This document shows, in pieces, positions 48,277 through 57,742 of a DNA stretch of 64,000 nucleotides (position 1 is its first letter; the number at the start of each line of letters is the position of its first letter). This DNA is from Kiritimatiellia bacterium (lineage in GTDB: Bacteria; Verrucomicrobiota; Kiritimatiellia; RFP12; JBMNHG01), in contig JBMNHG010000003.1 in the NCBI GenBank assembly GCA_050950285.1, forward strand, positions 310,001 through 374,000, written 5' to 3'. A program made the translations under genes and the position numbers. The notes beneath the pieces were generated by a model. That model saw nothing but the letters and a program-made list of their open reading frames with translations. It had not been told where the DNA came from and did no database searches.

Positions 48277-49788
48277 CTAGTGCGTCATCGCGTACACCAG
48301 CAGGTTCAGGCCCAAGTCCAGCCCGGCGGGCGCCTCGTGGCAGAGCGCGAGCGGATAGTCGCACCCCTGCCAGGCGCAGGCGAGATCGAAGGGGCTGTAG
48401 ATCACGCGGAGGTCGCCGTCGATCTCGATGCCTTCGAGAAGCGGCGCATCGAGCTCCGGATGCAGCGCAAGCGCGGCGGGCGAGTACTGGGCGCGTTCCA
48501 CGGGGACGACGGCGGAGAAGACGGGATGGTCCGGCGCGACCGGCTCGAGCTCGCTTCCCGGCAGCAGGCGGGCGAGTTCGCGGCGCGCCGCCGCGTCGAA
48601 GGTCGCCAGCCCCAGGCCGTTGTTCACCACGAGCGTCCCGCCGCGTTCGAGGAAGACGCGCAACCCCGCCAGCGCCTCGTCGCTCCAGGCGAAGTCGTCC
48701 AGCCCCTCGAGGTAGAGGAACGGCAACGCGGAGAGATCGTCCGTGGCGGGATCCACGGCGATGCGCTTGAGCGAGACGCCCAGGGCCGTCTCGCGGCGAA
48801 TCCGGCGCAACAGCGCGGCGGCCGCGCCCGGATGGACGTTCCACGCGCCGCCATGGCGGATCTGCGCGAAGACGAGTTCGTCGGTGGGGCGCTGCTCGTC
48901 CAAGGCGCCGAAGAGTTCGGGACGGGCCTCCTGCCGCCCCGTCGCCGCGTAGCCGACCGCATACGCCACAAGGTTCACGCCCAGGCGCGTGGCGGAATCG
49001 ACATCGTAGTACACCGCCTGCCCGAGCAACGGCACCTCGTGGTCGTCCCAGCCGCAGCCGAGGCCGCGCGGGGAGAGGAGGCAGGCAATCCGGCTGCCAC
49101 GATAGATCCCCTCGAAGAGCGGCGCCGTGTCCTCGCAGTTCTTCGGGCAGACGACCTCCGTCGCGTCCTGGAGCATGTGGAAGATCGGATGGTCGAGCGG
49201 GATCCGCCGGATCGGCTCGCCCGGGACAATCTGGCGCGCGACCTCGCGGGCGGATTCGGTGAAATAGGGCGACCCCGCGATGGAGTCGAAGACCACCATC
49301 CCGCCGAGGGCGACGTGCTTCCGAAGCCCTTCGAGCTGCCCGGGGCCGAGGCGGAGACGCCGCACCCCGCTCAGGAAAAGCACCGGCACCGTGGCGGGGT
49401 CGGGATCGAACGTCGCGAGCGAGACGGGCTGCGAGCCGTAGTTCAGGCCGAACCAGGCGCCGGACTTGCGCAGGAGCTGGGCGACGTCGTCCGGACAGGT
49501 GTTCCAGTCGCTCACCTGCGCGGTCTGCCCCTCCGCATAGCGGTACTCGGCGGTCTCGCCCCACACGACCTTGCCGATCAACTGCGGAGGCCGCGGCGTG
49601 CGCTTGCGCTCCGTGCGGCGCAACGGAGTGGCAGGCAGGGGAAGCGGCGGCACCCCCTCGCCACCCGAGATGTGCTTCGGCGCGGCGCGCGGCGGACGTC
49701 CCAGCGGCACGAGCCAGTCGTCCTCCCCGCCGGCAAGGACGGCAAGGGGGAGCAGGAGGGAAAGAACCATCCAGAGACGTTTCTTCAT
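48277..49788 (-). CDS. second secreted tandem DUF4159-domain protein
   Basis: Signal peptide MKKRLWMVLSLLLPLAVLA; GGEGVPPLPLPATPLRRTERK; two DUF4159-like repeats ending LGVNLVAYA and LGLNLLVYAMT. Confidence 0.8.
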   Translation of the reverse strand: MKKRLWMVLSLLLPLAVLAGGEDDWLVPLGRPPRAAPKHISGGEGVPPLPLPATPLRRTERKRTPRPPQLIGKVVWGETAEYRYAEGQTAQVSDWNTCPDDVAQLLRKSGAWFGLNYGSQPVSLATFDPDPATVPVLFLSGVRRLRLGPGQLEGLRKHVALGGMVVFDSIAGSPYFTESAREVARQIVPGEPIRRIPLDHPIFHMLQDATEVVCPKNCEDTAPLFEGIYRGSRIACLLSPRGLGCGWDDHEVPLLGQAVYYDVDSATRLGVNLVAYAVGYAATGRQEARPELFGALDEQRPTDELVFAQIRHGGAWNVHPGAAAALLRRIRRETALGVSLKRIAVDPATDDLSALPFLYLEGLDDFAWSDEALAGLRVFLERGGTLVVNNGLGLATFDAAARRELARLLPGSELEPVAPDHPVFSAVVPVERAQYSPAALALHPELDAPLLEGIEIDGDLRVIYSPFDLACAWQGCDYPLALCHEAPAGLDLGLNLLVYAMTH

Positions 49789-49794
49789 GCCCGC

Positions 49795-49823
49795 ATTATG
49801 GGCGACGCGACTCCGTTTGTCGA
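49795..49823 (-). promoter_or_regulatory. sigma70-like promoter giving a probable leaderless mRNA
   Basis: Minus strand TCGACA-17 bp-CATAAT, ATG only 6 nt after the -10, no Shine-Dalgarno. Confidence 0.5.
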
Positions 49824-49859
49824 GCCTCGAGGTGCCTCGAGGTGCGCGCCAGTCCATCC

Positions 49860-49888
49860 TTGTCTCCTGCCGGGCCGTGTGCTACAGT
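49860..49888 (+). promoter_or_regulatory. sigma70-like promoter for tRNA-Pro
   Basis: TTGTCT-17 bp-TACAGT with TG just upstream of the -10. Confidence 0.5.
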
Positions 49889-49910
49889 CGCGCACATGTT
49901 TCAAATCGTA

Positions 49911-49987
49911 CGGGGAGTTGCACAGCCTGGTAGTGCGCCAGCTTTGGGAGCTGGATGTCGCGGGTTCAAATCCCGCCTCCCCGACCA
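49911..49987 (+). tRNA. tRNA-Pro(TGG)
   Basis: 77-nt cloverleaf: CGGGGAG/CTCCCCG acceptor, GCAC/GTGC D-arm, CCAGC-TTTGGGA-GCTGG anticodon arm, GGTTCAAATCC T-loop, encoded CCA. Confidence 0.97.
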
Positions 49988-50036
49988 TTTCCCAACCCTG
50001 TTCTCTTGGCTGGGATCAACGCGAACGGGCTTTTCC

Positions 50037-51575
50037 ATGTGTGTCGTGTCCGCATTCCTGGTGGCGGGAGGCCTCGCGGCGGACTCCGCCGCGAACGCGC
50101 CGAAGGTCGGGCGGATCGTCGTGCCCGCGATCTTCTCCGAGAACATGGTCCTCCAGCGCGACGTGCCGATTCCCGTCTGGGGCTGGGGCCCCGAAGGCGA
50201 GGAGATCACGGTTTCCATTGCCGACGAGAACCAGGACGCGAAGGCGATGGGCCGGAAGGTGGTCGTGAAGGACGGCGTCTGGGAGGTCACGCTGCCTCCC
50301 CTCGAGGCGGGTGGGCCCTACACGCTGCTGATCACGGGAAGCGACGTCAGCGACACGGTGATGTTCACGCAGGTTCTGGTGGGGGACGTCTGGCTCGCCT
50401 GCGGACAGTCCAACATGATGATGGGCGTCACCGATGCCGAGGGCGCCGAGGAGGCGGCCGCCGAACGGTTCGACTACCCGGACATCCGCATGGTCCAGGT
50501 CGGCCGGCGCCAGGCGCACCAGATCACGGGGCCCCAGACGACGGTCGAGGGCTACTGGGGGCCGGCCAAGTGGGAGAATGCCACCTACGGGATCACCCGC
50601 TCCAATGCGACGAGCACGCCCGGCTGCCCTTCGGCCGTCGGCTACTATTTTGCGCGCGAGCTGTACAAATACCTGAAGGGCGAAGTGCCCGTCGGCATCA
50701 TCCAGGTCTGCCAGTTGTTGCCGGCCATCAGCTGGGTCGACGACCAGACCCTTGCCGAGACCCCGGCGCTGGCCGGGTACCGGGGCCGGGGCTATCCCGA
50801 CTCCCCCTCGATGGCCTACGCCTCCGACATAGCGCCCCTGGCGCCGTTCCCCATACGGGGGGTGATCTATTACCAGGGCGAGATGGACGGAGGCCAGGGC
50901 GAACGCTATCGTGCGGCCCTGCCGGCGCTGATCCGGAGCTGGCGCAAGACCTGGAACAACCCGGAGCTGCCCTTCCTGTTCGTGCAGCTCGCCGGGTTCA
51001 CCGACAACCAGGCGCCGCCGAACGCGCAGCTCGACATGGACGCCGGCATCCTCGCCCAGTTCCACAAGGAGAGCGCCGAGCACGGCTTCTGCGGCGTGCG
51101 CGAGGCCCAGCTCATGACGGCGGAATCCGTTCCGTTTGCCGGCATGGCCAGCGCCGTGGACCTCGGCGACCCCTATGACATTCATCCCAGGCGGAAGCGC
51201 GAGGTGGCCGAGCGCCTGTTCCTGCTCGCCCGCAAAATCGCCTACGGCGAAAAGGACCTGGTCGCCAGCGGACCGGTGCCGGCGCACATCGAGAACAAGG
51301 GCGACCGCTTCGAGGTCGCGTTCAAGAATGTGGGCGGCGGGCTGGTCGCCAAGGACGGGGAACTCACGGGATTCGAGCTGTCGGAAGACGGAAAGACCTT
51401 CGTCGGCGCACAGGCCCGCATCGAGAGGGACACCGTGATCGTCTCGTCGCCGGAGGCGAAGGCCCCCAAGGCCCTTCGCTACGCCTGGGCGGGCTATCCG
51501 TTGTGCAGCCTTTACAACAAGGAAGGCCTGCCCGCGTCCCCGTTCCGCCATCCTGTTCCGGGTGCGGGGGAATGA
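50037..51575 (+). CDS. sialate O-acetylesterase family protein (SASA/DUF303)
   Basis: FSENMVLQRD..IPVWGW, GDVWLACGQSNM, YYQGE, DIHP, YAW, GLPASPFR; start uncertain. Confidence 0.88.
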   Translation: MCVVSAFLVAGGLAADSAANAPKVGRIVVPAIFSENMVLQRDVPIPVWGWGPEGEEITVSIADENQDAKAMGRKVVVKDGVWEVTLPPLEAGGPYTLLITGSDVSDTVMFTQVLVGDVWLACGQSNMMMGVTDAEGAEEAAAERFDYPDIRMVQVGRRQAHQITGPQTTVEGYWGPAKWENATYGITRSNATSTPGCPSAVGYYFARELYKYLKGEVPVGIIQVCQLLPAISWVDDQTLAETPALAGYRGRGYPDSPSMAYASDIAPLAPFPIRGVIYYQGEMDGGQGERYRAALPALIRSWRKTWNNPELPFLFVQLAGFTDNQAPPNAQLDMDAGILAQFHKESAEHGFCGVREAQLMTAESVPFAGMASAVDLGDPYDIHPRRKREVAERLFLLARKIAYGEKDLVASGPVPAHIENKGDRFEVAFKNVGGGLVAKDGELTGFELSEDGKTFVGAQARIERDTVIVSSPEAKAPKALRYAWAGYPLCSLYNKEGLPASPFRHPVPGAGE

Positions 51576-51622
51576 AGGGGCCAATGGATCCAATGGATAC
51601 GAGGAAAGCCGGAGGAGGAATC

Positions 51623-53761
51623 ATGGCAAACGCGTGGTATCGCTTTCCCAACGTGGCGGCCGTTGCCCTGGGCGTCGTCGCCCTGGCGCAGCCCTTGACG
51701 GCCCGGGCCGGCGAGCCTGCCGTCGCCAGCACCAACTTGCTCGCAAACCCCTCCTTTGAACAGGAAGCGGCGATCACCCATGAGACGTCGCTCCCGGGGT
51801 GGGAGATCCACTTCCGCCGCAATGCGGATCCGCCGCTGCTGACGCCCGATGAAATCGCCGTGATCGACGATCCCGCCCAAGCCCATTCCGGCCTCCGGTT
51901 CCTCCGCATCCAGGCGCGCGACCGCGAGATCATGCTGAAGTCGCCGGTGGCACGGGGCTATGCGCCTGGACTGTACGAGGTCTCGTTCTGGGCGCGGGGT
52001 CGGCCGGGAACGAGAGGGGGCGCCGGACTGGGCGCCCTGAATGCGCTGTTCGGCGCAGGCCTGGCCGGGCTGGACGAGCAATGGAAGAAATTTTCGATGG
52101 TTGTGTATTCCAAGGGCGTTTCGAACTGCCCATGGCCGGATCAGACGCAGTTCTTTGTCGGTTTGTTCCAGCCGGGCCAGAGAGAGCAGATCCCCGAACC
52201 CCTGCTCGACATCGACGATGTGAGCATCGCCCTTCTCACGAGCGGCCTGTCCGACGCCTTCGGCGACCACATGGTTCTCCAACGCGACCGCCCCGTCCCG
52301 GTCTGGGGGTGGGCCATGAACCCGGGCCAACGCATCGCGGTCGAGTTCAACGGGCAGACCAAGACGACCGCGGCCGACAAGGATGGACGCTGGAAGGTCG
52401 TCCTGGATCCAATGGAGGCGGGCGGCCCGTTCGTCCTCACGCTCGATGGCCGGCCCACCGCGTATGACGTCATGGTCGGCGACGTGTGGGTTTGCAGCGG
52501 CCAATCCAACATGGAGTTCGGCATCGACCTCGTCAACGGCTATTACAACCATGCGCCCGAAGTCGTCGCCCGGGCGAACCATCCCGACATACGGCTGTGG
52601 CAGGCCCCGAAACAGTTTGGCGACAGGCCGCTCCACCGCTATCTCGTCCGGCAGTCCATCGGGCACATGGCCTGCCAGGCCCGGTGGGACGTGTGTACTC
52701 CGGCGACGGTTGTCCGCGGCATCTGGGGCGGGTTTTCGGCGGTGGGATACTTCTTCGGACGCGACATCCAGGCAAGCCGGAAGGTGCCCGTCGGGCTGAT
52801 GATGATCGCCAACGGCGGCACCGAGATCGAGTCGTTCATCAGCGAGGAGGGCCTGCGGAAGGTCCCGCAGGAGCAGTGGGTCGTGCCGCCGTTGTCGGAG
52901 ACCGCCCGGGCGAACCTGCAAAACACCCCCCTCCCCACGTTGCCGGAAGACGTCGAGGCGCCCTCTGCCGCCTATGCCGAAGCCGTGCTCGCGGAGACCA
53001 TCCAGCAGACGGGCGGTGTCGACAACAATTCCTTCCACTATGCTTCCGTTGCCTTCAACGGCCTGGTGGCGCCCGTGTTCCCATACGCCGTGCGCGGAGT
53101 CCTCTGGTACCAGGGCGAGCACAATGGCAACGACCGGCACTACGCGGCCAAGCTCAAGGCGCTGATCGACGACTGGCGGACCCGTTTCGGGCAGCCGGAT
53201 CTGCCGTTCATCATCGCCCAGCTTCCATACTGGCGCACCGCCGATCCCGCCGCCTGGCAGTATGTGCGGGAAGCGCAGCTGCACGTGTCGCAGACGGTGC
53301 CCGGGACCGCGATGGTCGTCACCCTGGACCTGGCCGACGAGGAAGGCGATGGCTATGGGATGGGGGAGATCCACCCCAAGCGGAAGCAGGAGGTCGGACA
53401 GCGCATGGCCCTGGCCGCCCGGGCGGTAGCCTATGGGGAGAAGATTGTCTCCAGCGGCCCCATCTATCGCGCCATGCGGGTGGACGAGGACCGGGCTGTC
53501 CTGGCGTTCGATTCCGTCGGCGGCGGATTGGAAGCGCGGGGCGGGAAGCTGGTCGGCTTTCAAATCGCCGGCGCCGACAGGAAGTTCGTGGACGCCGAGG
53601 CGTCCATTGAAGGGGAAACCGTCGTGCTGCATTCCCCGGACGTCCCGAACCCCGTGGCGGTCCGCTATGGCTTCGTGCAGGCCCGGTTGCCCGTGCCCAA
53701 CCTCTACAACGAAGAGGGGCTGCCGGCCTCGCCGTTCCGTACCGACGATTTTGACGATTAG
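51623..53761 (+). CDS. sialate O-acetylesterase with N-terminal CBM-like domain
   Basis: GGAGG RBS, signal peptide, NLLANPSFE...AHSG CBM4/9-like segment, GDVWVCSGQSNM, WYQGE, EIHP, GLPASPFRTD. Confidence 0.88.
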   Translation: MANAWYRFPNVAAVALGVVALAQPLTARAGEPAVASTNLLANPSFEQEAAITHETSLPGWEIHFRRNADPPLLTPDEIAVIDDPAQAHSGLRFLRIQARDREIMLKSPVARGYAPGLYEVSFWARGRPGTRGGAGLGALNALFGAGLAGLDEQWKKFSMVVYSKGVSNCPWPDQTQFFVGLFQPGQREQIPEPLLDIDDVSIALLTSGLSDAFGDHMVLQRDRPVPVWGWAMNPGQRIAVEFNGQTKTTAADKDGRWKVVLDPMEAGGPFVLTLDGRPTAYDVMVGDVWVCSGQSNMEFGIDLVNGYYNHAPEVVARANHPDIRLWQAPKQFGDRPLHRYLVRQSIGHMACQARWDVCTPATVVRGIWGGFSAVGYFFGRDIQASRKVPVGLMMIANGGTEIESFISEEGLRKVPQEQWVVPPLSETARANLQNTPLPTLPEDVEAPSAAYAEAVLAETIQQTGGVDNNSFHYASVAFNGLVAPVFPYAVRGVLWYQGEHNGNDRHYAAKLKALIDDWRTRFGQPDLPFIIAQLPYWRTADPAAWQYVREAQLHVSQTVPGTAMVVTLDLADEEGDGYGMGEIHPKRKQEVGQRMALAARAVAYGEKIVSSGPIYRAMRVDEDRAVLAFDSVGGGLEARGGKLVGFQIAGADRKFVDAEASIEGETVVLHSPDVPNPVAVRYGFVQARLPVPNLYNEEGLPASPFRTDDFDD

Positions 53762-53783
53762 GCCAAAGATCGAAGGGCCTGCC

Positions 53784-55241
53784 TCAGCCCCGGCCGCCCG
53801 GATCCTCTTCGCCAAACACGATCGCCTCGAACACCGTGAACATGGCCCCCTCCCGCCAGGCGTCGGGAGCCAGCCCGGCTTTCAGCGCCAGATGCGAAAG
53901 CGTCTCCTCCAGCGACCACCCCTGTTCCGGGGCCACTTGCGGCAGGAAGACGGCGGCCCGTCCCCGCTTGCACAGCGTCATGCCATGGCGGCCAATCTCG
54001 ATGTCCCGCCAGGAGGCGACCGGCCGCTCCGGCGTCAGGGCCGAAATCTCGATGGCGACGGAGCCGAACTCCCGCTCCGTCAGCGGCTCGAACCGCGGGT
54101 CGCGGAACGCGGACTGGACCGCCAGGGCCGTCACTGCCCGGAACAGCGGACGCCGGGGCGCGATCTCGCCGATGCACCCCCGCAACGCCTGGGTGTCCCG
54201 TATCTTGAGCGTGACGAAACAGCCCATCCGGCGGCGCATGCCGCCGGTCGCCTCGTCGGCGAACGCATCGTCCGGCAAGGGGCTGCCGGTCTTCAGCACA
54301 TGCTGAATCGAACGACGGGCAAACGCGAGCAGCTTTTGTTTCTCATCCGGCGCCAGATCGTCGCCGGCCGCATCCGGCGACGGCGGTTGCCAATCGGCAT
54401 ATCCGGCCATGCTCAGGTAGCAGACGAACCGGGAGAAGTCCCGTGTCTGATCCGACGAGGTTTCGTAATGGAGCGGCTCCAGACGGGCTCCGGGCGGCAG
54501 CATGGCCAGCATGACCGCAATCGGGTTCCGGCCGCAGATCGTTGCGCCGGTCCGGTCGACATACTCGACAAACCCCGCGGCATCCCGCTCCTGCATGTGC
54601 CGGACGGCGCCGTAGTCGAGCCGCTCGACCTGGGCGCGGACATCGCCGCGGAAAGGCGCGAAGCCGAAATCGAGGCCGTAGTGGGTGAAATCGGAACTGA
54701 CAACCAACAGCGTTTCGGCATCCATGGCCGCCAGCAGGGCATCGGCCATCCGCCGGACCGACACGTCGTCGAGCGAACCGACCACGCAGGGGACAAGCGT
54801 GAAGGCGTTGAGGGCAACCTGCAGGAACGGATATTGAATCTGCGCGCTGTGCTCGCCGGCATGCACGGCGTCGCTGCGGACGACCGGCGCGCCGCGGGCA
54901 AGCCTGTCGATGACGGCATGGTCCACCGGGATCGTCCCCAGGGGCGTGGCGACGGCCTCGGCCTCCGGCACGGCCATGCGGTTGTCCAGGAGCGCGCGAT
55001 GGCTCGGCGCCAGCAGCACCACCCGCGTGAACGGTGCGCCCTGCAGACGGCGGATGCCGTGCGCGGCGGTAGGGCCCGAGTAGTCATAGCCGGCATGCGG
55101 CAGCACGAGGATGTTCGGGGGACGCGTCCCGGCCGGCGGATCGGGCACCTGCCCCAGATACCGGTCAATCCGTGCCCGCAACCGTTCCGCCGTGCCCGGA
55201 TACCAGGAACCGGCGATCGTGCTCTCCAGCGTGTTCTTCAT
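53784..55241 (-). CDS. AmmeMemoRadiSam system protein B (MEMO1-like) fused to protein A (AMMECR1-like)
   Basis: AGSWYP, PHAGYDYSG, EHSAQIQYPFLQ, SSDFTHY, TICG; then GCFVTL, LRGCIG, DPRF, EISALT, FLPQVAPEQGW. Confidence 0.92.
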   Translation of the reverse strand: MKNTLESTIAGSWYPGTAERLRARIDRYLGQVPDPPAGTRPPNILVLPHAGYDYSGPTAAHGIRRLQGAPFTRVVLLAPSHRALLDNRMAVPEAEAVATPLGTIPVDHAVIDRLARGAPVVRSDAVHAGEHSAQIQYPFLQVALNAFTLVPCVVGSLDDVSVRRMADALLAAMDAETLLVVSSDFTHYGLDFGFAPFRGDVRAQVERLDYGAVRHMQERDAAGFVEYVDRTGATICGRNPIAVMLAMLPPGARLEPLHYETSSDQTRDFSRFVCYLSMAGYADWQPPSPDAAGDDLAPDEKQKLLAFARRSIQHVLKTGSPLPDDAFADEATGGMRRRMGCFVTLKIRDTQALRGCIGEIAPRRPLFRAVTALAVQSAFRDPRFEPLTEREFGSVAIEISALTPERPVASWRDIEIGRHGMTLCKRGRAAVFLPQVAPEQGWSLEETLSHLALKAGLAPDAWREGAMFTVFEAIVFGEEDPGGRG

Positions 55242-55381
55242 GGCGACCTCCAAACTGCCTTGTGCCCGGACATCGTAAGCACATTGCGGACGGCTGTTCA
55301 ACCAAAACCGACCAGCGTGCCGGCCGACGCACGTACGCAGCCGCCGTGATCAAGCGCGTAGGGCGACCGAGGGGGACCCAA

Positions 55382-55720
55382 TCAGTTCGCTTGATCCGGC
55401 AGCCCCCATGTGTACAGGTTGGTGTCGGCCGACTGCGGACTGCCGCTGCCGACTGCCACTGTCTCCCGGATCACGTTCCAGCCGTCGTAGAGGAAGGCGT
55501 GGGATTCGGCGGCCTGCCAGGCGCCGTTGGTCCAGACGGCGGTGGCGGAGGCAATGCGGCGGGACTGGTGGTCGTAGGCGTAGGTCACGCACACTTCGGC
55601 GTTCGACGCCATGACCATGCGGTTCTCGCCGTCCCACGTATACGCGAAGCGTCCGTCGGAGGTCATGTTGCCGTCGGCGTCGTAGGTGATATGAAGCGGT
55701 TGTTTAATTGTGAACGCCAT
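55382..55720 (-). pseudogene. RHS repeat fragment
   Basis: YDADGNMTSDGRFAYTWDGENRM, FLYDGWNVIRE, NLYTWGL, then abrupt loss of similarity; near-identical to blocks at 61708-61874 and about 63500-63620. Confidence 0.85.
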
Positions 55721-55769
55721 TTGCTTGTCTCATGGTTGACCCCAACGCATCGCAACACTTATAGTGGAA

Positions 55770-56360
55770 TCATTTCACTACTGATAAATTCACCATCAAA
55801 GGACCTTCGTAAATGCCTTCCGGAAGTCGTTCATTGCTCAAATAGAGCTCAAGTCCTTCTCTTGTTCCATATTGATAGCCGTACGTGATTCGGAACTCAG
55901 AAATCCTCTTGTCTTGTGGTACAATGTAAAGCCCCTCATATGCAGTTACCGTCATGGATGGAGCCGCAATGCCACTTGTGAACTGCTTGAACGGTTCATT
56001 CAAGGTCACGCAGCGCTGAACTGATTCCCCAGGTTGCAGGAGAATGAATCTGCTTGAGATTAAGGATGATGGTGCCGCTTGGGCAACAGAAACTTCCTGC
56101 AACCCTACCGCGTCTCCTTCAGTCGAAACTGGGACTATCGCCAGCAGAAACACCAATTCACGATCAACGCAAATCTCCCTTTCCCCGACATTCAAAAGTG
56201 TGACGGTCAGGGTGGCCCTCTTCAACGAGACATGAAGACTTGCGGTCGTGTCGGCCTTCACTGATGTCACATTTGATCTCGACGTATGTACCGGTGTGCA
56301 GCCACCAAGTCCAAGCGAAAGCCCCGTAATGAACAACAAGAGAGATGATACTCGTGTCAT
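55770..56360 (-). CDS. putative immunity lipoprotein (Imm5)
   Basis: AT-richer; LGLGGC lipobox; ATGA overlap with upstream RHS tip. Confidence 0.7.
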   Translation of the reverse strand: MTRVSSLLLFITGLSLGLGGCTPVHTSRSNVTSVKADTTASLHVSLKRATLTVTLLNVGEREICVDRELVFLLAIVPVSTEGDAVGLQEVSVAQAAPSSLISSRFILLQPGESVQRCVTLNEPFKQFTSGIAAPSMTVTAYEGLYIVPQDKRISEFRITYGYQYGTREGLELYLSNERLPEGIYEGPLMVNLSVVK

Positions 56361-57094
56361 GGCAACATCTCATAGTACGCTTTCATCGCGGCCATGAGCG
56401 CGTCCGTGATGTCCGAAACTGAACAACGCTTGGTAATACAAGAACTCCAGACCGCACCTCCAATTGCGCCGCCGCATTTGCCATCCTTGATGCAGGAGAA
56501 ATCCGTGCCGTGATAAGGGGTGATTGTCGACGAAGCAATAGTATATAGGTTGTCGCCACCCAGTTCCCCAATCGGATCCCGGCTCATCCACCGCCCGATC
56601 TCGGGTCCATACTTTCGGTACTGGTACTCGCTCAAACCCGTAACGGGGCACCACGGCTTGGTGCTGAACCGGTGGGTGAAGGTGTCGGCGAGAGGGCCGG
56701 TGGCGACCAGCTGCTCGCCGAAGGGGGAGTAGTCGTAGTGGGCGGCGACGGCGCCATTGGTCGAGACGTATTCGCTGACGTTGCCGTTCGCATCATACGT
56801 GGGCAGGAACACGCCATCGTCGCGGACGACGGCGAGGAGGCCGCCCACGCCGCCCGCGCCCTGCAAGGTGCCGTCGAGGTCGAGGCCCCAGACGTTGCGG
56901 GTGACAGTAGTCGCGAGACCGGAGACGCGGGTTTCGCGGACGATGTTCCAGTTGTCCCAGGTGTAGGCGAGGCTCTGCGCCTCCGCGTCTCCGCGAGAGA
57001 TTTCCTTGCGCACCATCCGCCCGCGATGGTCGTAGGCGTAGGTCCGCGCCTTCGCCCTCTTCGTGTAGCCGCCTGCCTGCCGAAGCGATCTCAT
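56357..57094 (-). CDS. orphan RHS core plus shortened Cys-rich C-terminal tip (CT5), N-terminus supplied by the 113-bp module
   Basis: YDHRGR, GTLQGAGGVGGLL, YDANGNV, YDYSPFGE, RFSTK, GRWMSRDPIGE; the usual DxxG(L) cleavage motif is missing; first 15 aa come from the repeat. Confidence 0.7.
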   Translation of the reverse strand: MRSLRQAGGYTKRAKARTYAYDHRGRMVRKEISRGDAEAQSLAYTWDNWNIVRETRVSGLATTVTRNVWGLDLDGTLQGAGGVGGLLAVVRDDGVFLPTYDANGNVSEYVSTNGAVAAHYDYSPFGEQLVATGPLADTFTHRFSTKPWCPVTGLSEYQYRKYGPEIGRWMSRDPIGELGGDNLYTIASSTITPYHGTDFSCIKDGKCGGAIGGAVWSSCITKRCSVSDITDALMAAMKAYYEMLP

Positions 57095-57162
57095 CGATAT
57101 TGATTATCCCATTCCGAACCCGGAAACGTCAAGGATCCAACACATACCCCGCGCTCCATCAG
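57050..57162 (-). repeat. 113-bp promoter+ATG module, copy 1
   Basis: Identical to 59556-59668; minus strand has TTGACG-18 bp-GATAAT then ATG 8 nt later. Confidence 0.9.
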
Positions 57163-57278
57163 GTGACTTTTTCAGCATCGCCTCAATAAATGAGAGTGAA
57201 AGCAACAGTTGAGGTTCGTGGGATGCTTATGTCTCAACGACTGCGGGAACAAAGTGAAGGTGGACTGATGTGCTCCTC

Positions 57279-57728
57279 CTATTTTTCTGCACCGTCTCCC
57301 GTGCTTCGCTGTAGATATATGTCGTGCGCTATTCCTCGGATTTCAACATCTTCATCCGTCAGAAATGGAAGTGAAGCCTCAACGTTTCCATGTTTCGCCA
57401 AGATGGAGAGATACCCGGCCACCGCACAACGTCGAACGTTTCTACAAGATGAAGAGATGAAGCGTTTGGTCAAATCTGCATCATCTCTATTGCCATGAAC
57501 CATTAGCATAAGCAAGGCCCATTCAACACCAGAAATCCTCCCCGGTTCGAGAAATGAAACATCATGCGCAGCAAACTGGATATTGTTTGCATGTGTAGCT
57601 GCCGGTTCAGAACCACTTTCGGAGACAAGCATTTGCCGCGCTAAGGCTAGTTCATCCGACATACTTGGTCTTTGCGCCACACACCCGTTCAGGAAAAGAC
57701 AAGCAACCAGCACTGCTGTAATTGACAT
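57279..57728 (-). CDS. putative immunity lipoprotein (Imm4), HEAT-like helical end
   Basis: AT-richer; FLNGC lipobox; GGAG RBS; directly follows tip CT4; LPFLTDEDVEIRGIA resembles a HEAT repeat. Confidence 0.6.
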   Translation of the reverse strand: MSITAVLVACLFLNGCVAQRPSMSDELALARQMLVSESGSEPAATHANNIQFAAHDVSFLEPGRISGVEWALLMLMVHGNRDDADLTKRFISSSCRNVRRCAVAGYLSILAKHGNVEASLPFLTDEDVEIRGIAHDIYLQRSTGDGAEK

Positions 57729-57742
57729 AAGAACTCTCCGGA

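Noticed and set aside
39152..49564. Long ORFs 39152..42670 (+), 46064..49564 (-) and the 5' part of 43369..46212 (-)
   Set aside because: Antisense or off-frame shadows of hydE/dtd/uup, uppP/DUF4159 and glgA
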